A DNA stretch of 25,858 nt from a virus (lineage: Duplodnaviria; Caudoviricetes), in the IMG/VR virus record IMGVR_UViG_3300029258_002279, positions 1-25,858 of that record; one strand, 5' to 3'. Within the stretch, counting starts at the first letter, position 1; each line of letters starts with the position of its first letter. Below, piece by piece: positions 18,319 through 25,766 of this stretch. The notes under the pieces were generated by a model. The model saw nothing but the letters and a program-made list of their open reading frames with translations, did no database searches and was not told the DNA's origin. The position numbers and the translations under genes were made by a program.

Positions 18319-19967
18319 TGCCTAAATTATACGGCAGAAAATTCGCTCACAGATTTGTCGATAAAAAGATGAAGCCGAAGGCTGAAACGCGTGATGCTAT
18401 CATTTTTGAAGTTGATGAAGACTATTATGTCTGCAAATGCCGCATACAAGGATCAAGCGAATATGTTGATGCTTATTATCCACGGAACAGGGCAACAATT
18501 CCAAAATGGATGAAGCCGGGGAATGCTGTTCGTATTCTACATAGGACTGGTGTGCGTGGCTATGCTGAAGTCATAGGGCATGGCGGTGCCATTCCAATGC
18601 CAATGGCAGGATATCCGTCACATCCACCTATCTCTGGTGTCGGGAATCATATTGAATCAGGTTTAGAAATAACGGTGGTTGGTTGTCTGACTGTACACAT
18701 AGGCTCGGGCACGGTTGTCATTGAAGGCGAAACGATAACCATGACAGGCAGCGAATCTGGATATCCAATAATGGATGAATCTAATCCAGAAATGACAATG
18801 CATGAAATTTATCCGCCAGCTGACATGGGTGATCCTGCGGGCACAGATTACTGGACAATGAACGAAGAAGATTCATCTGGAGATGCATATCCAGAAGCGG
18901 TAACAATGAGTGAAGTGTTTGCGCCAATGACCATTGGGGTTGGTGGTGGGTACTTTGACATTGATCCATTAGATCTCGGCGGGCAGGCACATTTCAGATA
19001 TGACACATTTCAAGTTGGATCAGATGGCATTATTGATTATGTCAAAGGCGAAGAAAGTTATGGATCTGCGCCAACACCACCAGCAGTTGACGGTGGCCAT
19101 GTCCAAATAGGGCCATACATTCTTATTGTAGGCGACCCAGACGGCGGAACACAATGTCTGACCGATGCCAATGTCGGATGGGTATGGACTGAACCCATAG
19201 CATCTGGCGTTGAACTTGACTATAATCCAGAAATGCAATGGGCTACATCATATGCCAGTATTTCAGTAAACGTTATCAACCAATATGGATATACATATGC
19301 AGATCCGCGAACATACACCGCAACACTTGTTCGCGGAACCGGACAAATCTGCACTGCATATGGCGGAACATGCGATGACGATAGCATAGTAGTGAATTCA
19401 TCATCTGGTGGTGCAGGTTTTCAATATAATCGGGATTATTCAGCGTATCCAGAATCAGAAGGACAAATAGATCCAACAAATATTACTCTTGAAACTTGCC
19501 CGCACATTGCTATTACAGTTACAGGCACCGGTGGGATGCCATCGTGGTACGGATTTGCTTTCTTTCAGCTTTATACAATCGGTGATTTTCCGATTCAGGT
19601 CTTTGGCAGTGGATCATGGGATCCCGGGTCAACAGGCTATAATGTAATTGAACCAGATTCAAGTGGTGGTGCAGAGTTTACGATTGACTGGGGGGATTGG
19701 AAAAATGCTGAGATAATGCTAACACAAGATTCAACGCTTTCCTTTAGCGGTGCATCCGATGCAGACAAGCTCACATTACTGATAAGGCAGAATGGAACTG
19801 GGGGCTGGACACCATCTCTTCCGGCAAACGTCACATATGGCGATCAAATAACGGAAGCCAATCTAAGCATATCAACAGATCCATATAGCAGAACATATCT
19901 TGGATTTATTTACGACCTTGAAACAGACAGTTACGATCTTGTAGCAAATGTTTCTGGATATGTATAG
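18318..19967 (+). CDS. Tail fibre/spike-like protein, 549 aa
   Basis: OB-fold-like N-terminus (CRIQGS...KPGNAVRI). C-terminal TIDW...LT....F....LTLLIRQNGTGG..P...ST....LGFIYD module, common at the ends of phage tail proteins. Confidence 0.65.
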   Translation: MPKLYGRKFAHRFVDKKMKPKAETRDAIIFEVDEDYYVCKCRIQGSSEYVDAYYPRNRATIPKWMKPGNAVRILHRTGVRGYAEVIGHGGAIPMPMAGYPSHPPISGVGNHIESGLEITVVGCLTVHIGSGTVVIEGETITMTGSESGYPIMDESNPEMTMHEIYPPADMGDPAGTDYWTMNEEDSSGDAYPEAVTMSEVFAPMTIGVGGGYFDIDPLDLGGQAHFRYDTFQVGSDGIIDYVKGEESYGSAPTPPAVDGGHVQIGPYILIVGDPDGGTQCLTDANVGWVWTEPIASGVELDYNPEMQWATSYASISVNVINQYGYTYADPRTYTATLVRGTGQICTAYGGTCDDDSIVVNSSSGGAGFQYNRDYSAYPESEGQIDPTNITLETCPHIAITVTGTGGMPSWYGFAFFQLYTIGDFPIQVFGSGSWDPGSTGYNVIEPDSSGGAEFTIDWGDWKNAEIMLTQDSTLSFSGASDADKLTLLIRQNGTGGWTPSLPANVTYGDQITEANLSISTDPYSRTYLGFIYDLETDSYDLVANVSGYV

Positions 19968-19975
19968 GAGGCAGA

Positions 19976-21046
19976 ATGAGTCTTTTATGGTTTGACAGCT
20001 TTGGCACTTATAATACTTTTTTAGAGCCAATAAAGATTAACAAGTTGTATGCAAATTCTGGCTGTTATTTCTATGCGAGTGGTGGAAGGGGTGACCGTGG
20101 ATATTATCGCGGGAGCCATGGCACGGACTTTAAAATTGACATTAGTGATGTAAATCCAACTACAGTTATATGTGGATGGGCACTATATATAGACAGTTCA
20201 ACTGTTCCCGGATATCAGGCCAGTTATCCATTAATAAGATTTATGGATAGGTTTGCAAGGGATACCAGCTATACAGGATCACACATCTATGTCTACATAA
20301 ATTCTTCAAGATATTTTGAAGTGCGTAATTATTCTAATACAATACTTGGAACAGGCACAACTCCTATTCAGCCTTATACTTGGTATCATATACAAATGAA
20401 GGTATATATCCATGATTCAAACGGAACCGTTGAAATAAGGGTTGAAGGTGAAACAGATGTCGATCTTTCAAGCATTGACACCTGCAATGGTAGCAATGCA
20501 TATGTTGCATGTGTAGATTTAAGGGGGCTGCATTCATATATACAGACGTGGTGGAGTGACTTCTGGCTTGTTGATCTAAGTGGAAGCCATAATAATGACT
20601 GGCTTGGTGATCGCAGGGTAGATTGCATAAGACCGAATGCAAATGGAACGCATAACGACTTTGCTTCACATGACGAAGGCGACAGTTCTGGTGCCGCTGG
20701 CGATTATACCAATGTTGATGAAAACTATTCAAACCTTGATACAGATTATGATTATGCAGATGACGTTGGTTCAAAAATATCTTACAACATGGAACCGCTT
20801 GATGTTCTCGGTGCTGAAATAAACGCCATCAAAACGATTGCGACTGTTCGCAGGGAAGGTGTTGGGTATAAAAAAACAAAGACGTTCAATATAATTAACA
20901 GCGTTGAAGATTCTGGTGATGAATTCACGCTCCTTGGCAGTTATACAACAGATATTAAAATGGATGAATTAAATCCAAATGACAGTTCTGCTTTTGATGA
21001 AAATGATATTGCATCAATTGAAGCTGGGATAGAGATAACAGAATAA
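19976..21046 (+). CDS. Virion protein with a ConA/LamG-like lectin domain
   Basis: SD AGGAGG. TWYHIQMKV.I.DSNGTVEIRVEG jelly-roll motif. Confidence 0.65.
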   Translation: MSLLWFDSFGTYNTFLEPIKINKLYANSGCYFYASGGRGDRGYYRGSHGTDFKIDISDVNPTTVICGWALYIDSSTVPGYQASYPLIRFMDRFARDTSYTGSHIYVYINSSRYFEVRNYSNTILGTGTTPIQPYTWYHIQMKVYIHDSNGTVEIRVEGETDVDLSSIDTCNGSNAYVACVDLRGLHSYIQTWWSDFWLVDLSGSHNNDWLGDRRVDCIRPNANGTHNDFASHDEGDSSGAAGDYTNVDENYSNLDTDYDYADDVGSKISYNMEPLDVLGAEINAIKTIATVRREGVGYKKTKTFNIINSVEDSGDEFTLLGSYTTDIKMDELNPNDSSAFDENDIASIEAGIEITE

Positions 21047-21714
21047 TGGCAGAAAATCTTTGTTTAGATTCATCAGTTATTGTCGATCAAAGTTCAGATT
21101 ATGGCGGTGGGACATATCCTGCTGAAAATGCCATTGACGGTAACACTTCTACGTGGTCTCTTACAAATGGGGGGGCTGGTGAATGGTGGAAGGTTGATCT
21201 TGGTGCCATTTATGAAATTGCATGGATAAAGATAGTCAAAAGATCGGGTTATGGAACAAGACCAAAAAATTATTATATTCAAGTTTCAGACATGTGGGAT
21301 TTTGAAGATTCTGCGGCAGTCGTTAGAACGTTAATAACGGCAACGGATGAAGATTCAGAACTTAATGAATATGGGCCAGACGAATACGAAGATTCTTCAA
21401 CAGGTATTATAAAAGCAAGATATTTAAGAATATTATGTCATACAACAAATCAATACATAAATCTTGCAGAAGTAGAAATTTATGCAGAAGCAGATGATGC
21501 AAATATCAGACTGTCAACAATTTCTATTGAAGCACTTAGGGATGGTGCCCACAACGCCAGGCTGTCAACAATTTCTATGGAAACACTTAGGGATGGTATC
21601 CACAGTACCAGACTATCGACAATTGCAATAGAAGTTTTACGTGATGTTGAAGCGCCGATATCGGCACAAAGGACTTCAATGTTTCTGGTCTTTCCAAACA
21701 TAATTATTAGTTAA
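21046..21714 (+). CDS. F5/8 type C (discoidin/CBM32/F-lectin-like) domain protein with C-terminal 17-aa repeats
   Basis: QSS.Y....PAENAIDGN..TW...EWWKVDLG....I..I...R, ARYLRI and INLAEVEIY. Confidence 0.8.
   Translation: MAENLCLDSSVIVDQSSDYGGGTYPAENAIDGNTSTWSLTNGGAGEWWKVDLGAIYEIAWIKIVKRSGYGTRPKNYYIQVSDMWDFEDSAAVVRTLITATDEDSELNEYGPDEYEDSSTGIIKARYLRILCHTTNQYINLAEVEIYAEADDANIRLSTISIEALRDGAHNARLSTISMETLRDGIHSTRLSTIAIEVLRDVEAPISAQRTSMFLVFPNIIIS
21508..21645 (+). repeat. Three 51-bp tandem repeats encoding RLSTI(S/A)xExLRD
   Basis: Units start at 21508, 21559 and 21610 (AGACTGTCAACAATT / AGGCTGTCAACAATT / AGACTATCGACAATT). Confidence 0.85.
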
Positions 21715-21724
21715 CGGGGGTAAC

Positions 21725-21982
21725 ATGGAACAGGTTTTAAAGGAAATCCAGAATACAAATCGGTTATTGGTTGAAATTTCAAAACAGCTTAATCAGAACT
21801 GGAAATTACTTGAAGAGTTGTTTTTGAAAAAAGATGAAAAAAATTTTGAACAGCAGCAAAAAATTAATAACATAAAGACAATGATGGCTGGAGTGCAGGG
21901 ACAACTTAAACTTAATCCTGCCCTTAAAAATAACCCACAAATTATGCAAATAATAAATGCAATGACAGCTTTTACAGAATAA
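21725..21982 (+). CDS. Hypothetical helical protein, 85 aa
   Basis: SD GGGGG. Coiled-coil-like, Gln/Asn/Lys-rich. Confidence 0.65.
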   Translation: MEQVLKEIQNTNRLLVEISKQLNQNWKLLEELFLKKDEKNFEQQQKINNIKTMMAGVQGQLKLNPALKNNPQIMQIINAMTAFTE

Positions 21983-21994
21983 AGGAGGTACGAC

Positions 21995-22210
21995 ATGGCG
22001 TTCGGTGAAGCAACAGATTATCACGATCCATATGAAGATGAAGTGACGCAATTTAAGCCGTCACACATGAACCTTCCTATCGATCAGCTTGATTATCAAA
22101 TTGGAGTAAATGTAACGGCTATTGCATTAAGGTTACAGGTTAGCGATTTCCTTGTATATGATGGAGAAATTGTAACTTATGAAAATGAGCCAGTGGTCAG
22201 CTGGCTATAA
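21995..22210 (+). CDS. Hypothetical acidic protein, 71 aa
   Basis: Perfect SD AAAGGAGGT. Confidence 0.7.
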   Translation: MAFGEATDYHDPYEDEVTQFKPSHMNLPIDQLDYQIGVNVTAIALRLQVSDFLVYDGEIVTYENEPVVSWL

Positions 22211-22225
22211 AAAAGGAGGAAAACA

Positions 22226-22630
22226 ATGGCTGATTTAAAAGAATGTTGCGAGTCGTTACTCAGCACAACGACTGTTACCTTGGCAGGTACCGGCCAAACT
22301 ACGCTTTATACGGTCCCAACCGGAAAGACCTGCGTGTTAACAAAAGCAATTATCCGCGTAGCTGCAGATGCCGGGGCATCCGTTATCAGAATTGGAAGGA
22401 GTACAAACCTTGACGACTTCCTCAATTTGCAAAACCTTGGCAATTTAGACGCTTCCGGAGATGCTGCAATCCTGAAGCCGTCAACACCAGACTATGTTGA
22501 TTCTTCTGCAGATGCTGCAGGAGTCGAATGTCTAAAAACGTATGCAGCGGGGGTTGCTATACAAATTGACGTTCTTTCCGCACTTGGTGGGGCCACCAAC
22601 TACGTCGATTTGTTTGGATATTTATTATAA
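22226..22630 (+). CDS. Small beta-rich probable virion protein, 134 aa
   Basis: Strong SD AAAAGGAGG. TTLYTVPTGKT motif. Carries a DSSA motif. Confidence 0.7.
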   Translation: MADLKECCESLLSTTTVTLAGTGQTTLYTVPTGKTCVLTKAIIRVAADAGASVIRIGRSTNLDDFLNLQNLGNLDASGDAAILKPSTPDYVDSSADAAGVECLKTYAAGVAIQIDVLSALGGATNYVDLFGYLL

Positions 22631-22642
22631 GGTGGTGAAAAA

Positions 22643-22990
22643 ATGGTTGAAAAGCTGCACGTCACAATGAATATGAGTCGTTTTAAATCACTTGGTACAA
22701 TCGATGAAAAACTTGAGATAATATTTGGAGCATTGATTGACAGCCAAGCGGAATGCGACGCAAGGCGTAAAAAATATGATAACCATTTTAACGAATGTAA
22801 TGACCTCATCGAAACGTGCAATGATGCAGTAGAATTGCTGCAGTCCAAAATAAAGGAACTAAAAGCTCCCGAAATCAACAAGAAAAAATTTTTTGCTGGT
22901 GGTGCCGGACTTGGTGGCATCAGCGGTATTGCATTTTGGGAGGCAGCCAAAAGCTTTTTTGATTTTTTAAAAGCAAAGTTTGGGGGGTAA
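22643..22990 (+). CDS. Coiled-coil protein with a C-terminal Gly-rich hydrophobic segment (holin-region membrane protein candidate)
   Basis: SD AAGGTGG. FFAGGAGLGGISGIAFW near the C-terminus. Two genes upstream of the endolysin. Confidence 0.6.
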   Translation: MVEKLHVTMNMSRFKSLGTIDEKLEIIFGALIDSQAECDARRKKYDNHFNECNDLIETCNDAVELLQSKIKELKAPEINKKKFFAGGAGLGGISGIAFWEAAKSFFDFLKAKFGG

Positions 22991-22991
22991 C

Positions 22992-23318
22992 ATGAATTCT
23001 TTTGCAAAGATTCTTGGAGTAATTATCTCCTTTGGGGTTATTGCCAGTGCTGTTGCAGGAACGCTATATCATTTCGAAAAAACAAAAGTCGGTATTGAGG
23101 AATATCAGACATTTGTAAAAAACCATAAACAGTATTGTGCATACACGGATATCAGATTCCTTGAGCAATACCGGCGTACACTTCAGCAGCGCATTTGGGA
23201 TCTGCAAAGACGGTATCCGTCTACATACAATCGTCTTCCGGAATATCTGAACTTAATTCAGGAATTGCGCAATGTTGATATGAAAATTAAGGCGTTCTAC
23301 AGCAGGGGAGGCAGGTAA
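22992..23318 (+). CDS. Membrane protein with an N-terminal TM helix (holin/spanin candidate)
   Basis: ATG at 22992 after GGGGGG. ILGVIISFGVIASAVAGTLY. TAATG-coupled to the endolysin. Confidence 0.65.
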   Translation: MNSFAKILGVIISFGVIASAVAGTLYHFEKTKVGIEEYQTFVKNHKQYCAYTDIRFLEQYRRTLQQRIWDLQRRYPSTYNRLPEYLNLIQELRNVDMKIKAFYSRGGR

Positions 23319-23737
23319 TGGATGATATCGAAATTCAGGAGCGAATAAAAAAAGATGAAGGATACCGTCCCTATGTTTACTTTGACACCAAGGGCATCCC
23401 AACCGGCGGATATGGCCATGCATTCCTTCCTCACTCAACAATCCCACACGAAATTGCCGAAATGTTTTTCGAGAGAGATTATGCTGAAGCTGCAAGGCTG
23501 TATGAAGAATTCATAAAGAAAAACGGACTGTTCTATCTCAGCAGCACAAGGCGCGGGGTTATAATCAATATGATTTTCCAAATGGGGTGTGGTGGAGTAT
23601 CAGGGTTTAGGGAAATGATAAAGGCTTTAAAGAAAAAAGACTATGAAAAAGCTGCTGACGAAATGTTGGATTCACAATGGGCAAGGAACCATAAAGCAAG
23701 GTCAGGACGTCTTGCAAAGATGATGCGTGATGGCTGA
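23318..23737 (+). CDS. Endolysin, GH24 T4-lysozyme-like muramidase
   Basis: IKKDEGYR..VY.DT.G.PTGGYGH carries the E-x8-D-x5-T catalytic triad. Also NM.FQMG..GV..F..M and AA.EMLDS.WA...R..RL...MR.G. Confidence 0.92.
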   Translation: MDDIEIQERIKKDEGYRPYVYFDTKGIPTGGYGHAFLPHSTIPHEIAEMFFERDYAEAARLYEEFIKKNGLFYLSSTRRGVIINMIFQMGCGGVSGFREMIKALKKKDYEKAADEMLDSQWARNHKARSGRLAKMMRDG

Positions 23738-23832
23738 TATAATATTTGCATATAGAATCCCTGAAACAAACTGGCTCAATCCAACGTGGAGAAAATACGA
23801 AATGAAACGATTAAGAGAACTGGAGAAAAAAA

Positions 23833-24543
23833 ATGAAAAAAATACTAACATTAATGATAATGATAATATTCCTGGCAGCACCAAACGTATTCGCAAAAAA
23901 CGTTAAGTATACCCTTACATGGAGTCCAAACACAGAGCCTGATATGGCTGGATATAAAATATATATCCGGCTGAACGACAATCCATACAACTATGACGAT
24001 CCGCAAGATCCCGTATGCACAATCAAGGATGGCAAATGCTGGGTTGATCCGACAAATGAAAACTGTGACTGGGAAACCCCGGACATACCGATACCGGATG
24101 GAGAGCTGACAACCATATGCTTTGTCGCTCGCGCTTATGATACAGGCAATAACTACTCTGAAGATTCCAACGAAGTATGCGACACTGTGGATCTGCGGAT
24201 ACTTCCTGCATCATTAATTACGGCAAGCATTTACAACGATGCAACGAAAACAATTGACTTCGTGTTTACACAGGAGCAGTCCGATCGTGTCATACGATGG
24301 GAGCTTTACATGGGACCCGCATCCGGCGGACCATATAACAAAATTAAAGAGCTAGTGAACAGCGAAGGACTGACAAGCCCATATTCAATATCGTGGGATG
24401 TACCCGGAGACGGTGACTACTATTTCGTAATTGTCGGATTTACGGATGAAATAAATTCCGTAGATTCGAACGAAGTGTATGTAAATGTAAAAGTACATCC
24501 GTCACCGATGCATAATTTTAAGATTAAGGCGAGGATACAATAA
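23833..24543 (+). CDS. Exported protein with two fibronectin type III-like domains
   Basis: Signal peptide MKKILTLMIMIIFLAAPNVFA. LTWSPNTEPDMAGYKIY...FVARAYDT..N.SEDSNEV, and a second unit ending YYFVIVG....NSVDSNEV. Confidence 0.8.
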   Translation: MKKILTLMIMIIFLAAPNVFAKNVKYTLTWSPNTEPDMAGYKIYIRLNDNPYNYDDPQDPVCTIKDGKCWVDPTNENCDWETPDIPIPDGELTTICFVARAYDTGNNYSEDSNEVCDTVDLRILPASLITASIYNDATKTIDFVFTQEQSDRVIRWELYMGPASGGPYNKIKELVNSEGLTSPYSISWDVPGDGDYYFVIVGFTDEINSVDSNEVYVNVKVHPSPMHNFKIKARIQ

Positions 24544-24640
24544 TAAAGGTGGTGATGCCCTGTGTACATTTATCCACAACCCATTGAGATAATATCGGGG
24601 GGTGCGCATCCGATCTTTAAAACACGCAATGGGGGTAAAA

Positions 24641-25180
24641 ATGCCCGACATAATTACAACAAACCCGAATGAAGTTCTGAATATTCCAGAAAAGGACTGC
24701 CCGATGATGGTGTTCAGTGACAACATAAGGAGTTTCTTTTCATGGGGCATTAAGCTGCATCAACATGGAGTATACAACCATTTCATGTGGCTTGTCCGCC
24801 CTGGAATTCTGGCTACTCAGGACACGACATTCAAGGAAGTACCTATTGAAAAATATCTGGAGGGGAACCACAGGCTTAAATTTATCCGCGGGAAGTGGGA
24901 CAAAGCGACCCGCATTGCCATTGTATTACTTTTAAAAGAACAATTAAACCTCCCGTTTATCCAGCGCCTGTATGATCCCCTCCAGATTGTTGGAAAATTC
25001 TTACACTTAAACTGGCTGCAGATTCCCGGCCACAGTAGGATATGCAGCGATTTTGGATATATTCTCGGCAGGTTGGATCAAGAGTATGATTTAAAACATC
25101 CAAGCCCGACAGAGGTAAATTTATATACAAAGGCACACCCGAATAAATACGAGGTGTATTTGAGGTTTATACCAGACTAA
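24641..25180 (+). CDS. Permuted papain-like NlpC/P60 enzyme (YiiX/YebB-like)
   Basis: S..I......YNH early, then YD, then ICS and SP near the C-terminus (His before Cys). ATG at 24641 after GGGGG. Confidence 0.75.
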   Translation: MPDIITTNPNEVLNIPEKDCPMMVFSDNIRSFFSWGIKLHQHGVYNHFMWLVRPGILATQDTTFKEVPIEKYLEGNHRLKFIRGKWDKATRIAIVLLLKEQLNLPFIQRLYDPLQIVGKFLHLNWLQIPGHSRICSDFGYILGRLDQEYDLKHPSPTEVNLYTKAHPNKYEVYLRFIPD

Positions 25181-25192
25181 AAAGGGGGTAAC

Positions 25193-25378
25193 ATGGAAAA
25201 ACTTAGTTTTTACAAAATCCTATCAGCAATTTCATTAATGATAAATTGGTTCACAGTCGCAATAGCTCCGGACGAAACAGGGAAGGTACGAATTACTTTG
25301 GACGAAATGATCGAGCTTGTTGAGGGGGTGTGCGGGTTAATGGGGGTAAAACCAGAAATTGATATTGGAGACCAATAA
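25193..25378 (+). CDS. Small protein, 61 aa, with a hydrophobic N-terminus
   Basis: SD AAGGGGG. ILSAISLMINWFTVAIA. TAATG-coupled to the next gene. Confidence 0.65.
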   Translation: MEKLSFYKILSAISLMINWFTVAIAPDETGKVRITLDEMIELVEGVCGLMGVKPEIDIGDQ

Positions 25379-25560
25379 TGGCTAAAAAGAAATGGATACA
25401 GGGTGCCATCAAAAATCCGGGAGCTTTGACCAGACAGGCCAAAGCTGCCGGTATGACGGTCGCCCAGTTCTGTGCATCCAGTAGAAAAAAAAGCGCTACC
25501 ACCAAACGCCGCTGAAATCTCTACCGAACTCTGCGCAGGATGCGCAAAAAAGCCCGGTGA
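25378..25560 (+). CDS. Small basic protein with an in-frame TGA at 25513-25515 (candidate selenoprotein, or 45-aa truncated gene)
   Basis: MAKKKWIQGAIKNPGALTRQAKAAGMTVAQFCASSRKKSATTKRR*NLYRTLRRMRKKAR*. SD GGAG and TAATG coupling. Not in the ORF track. Confidence 0.65.
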
Positions 25561-25576
25561 GGCAACCGGGCTTCTT
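25546..25576. terminator. Intrinsic terminator-like hairpin, with the better U-tract on the minus strand
   Basis: AAGCCCGGT-GAGGCA-ACCGGGCTT (25550-25573). A6 run at 25546-25551 on the left; CTT on the right. Confidence 0.7.
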
Positions 25577-25621
25577 CAGAGGAGAATTGGTAACAAGGCA
25601 TTAGTTACCAGTATTTACTGC

Positions 25622-25650
25622 AATTTAACACCACTTCAAAAAAGTGTCAA
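25622..25650 (-). promoter_or_regulatory. Leftward sigma70-type promoter
   Basis: Minus strand TTGACA (25650-25645), N17, TAAATT (25627-25622), with an extended -10 TGn. Confidence 0.6.
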
Positions 25651-25658
25651 GAAATTAC

Positions 25659-25686
25659 TTGACAATTTTTCCCTGTATGATAAATT
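25659..25686 (+). promoter_or_regulatory. Rightward sigma70-type promoter for the next (replication/early) module
   Basis: TTGACA (25659-25664), N16, TAAATT (25681-25686), with an extended -10 TGn. Confidence 0.65.
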
Positions 25687-25766
25687 GTATTTCACCTCTG
25701 AGGCAAAAAACAAATTTTAAATATTATTCCATAACTTTAATTTTTTCAACATGATAGGAGCATTGC

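Noticed and set aside
193-20988. GACAGTTC recurring six times as a possible DNA-binding site
   Set aside because: All copies noticed are in frame as Asp-Ser-Ser, and the other DSS sites use different codons, so the peptide motif explains it.
21508-21645. 51-bp repeats as a CRISPR array or DGR template/variable repeat
   Set aside because: They are in-frame coding repeats with no unique spacers, no adenine-specific variation, and no cas or reverse transcriptase gene in the window.
23730-23906. 58-codon ORF MADIIFAYRIPETNWLNP... bridging the endolysin and FN3 genes
   Set aside because: It has no clear SD, overlaps the FN3 gene by 74 nt and has no motif or lipobox. It is possible but unsupported.
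24570-24578. Perfect DnaA box TTATCCACA
   Set aside because: It is a single copy with no cluster or unwinding element, and is plausible by chance in 26 kb.
24562-24672. 36-codon GTG ORF after AAGGTGGTG
   Set aside because: It is too short and featureless to support without conservation data.
486-25505. The many minus-strand and alternate-frame ORFs in the track (e.g. 7395-7946, 6494-6976, 22600-23007)
   Set aside because: They are shadows of well-supported + strand genes, with no recognisable motifs.
4658-25560. Genome-wide TGA recoding (genetic code 4 or 25)
   Set aside because: TGA ends several genes in ATGA/TGATG overlaps with the next start (4658, 6427, 6852, 9735) and ends the endolysin at its expected length.
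25472-25720. Track ORF of 82 aa
   Set aside because: It runs through the terminator and both promoters, and overlaps the better-supported ORF at 25378.
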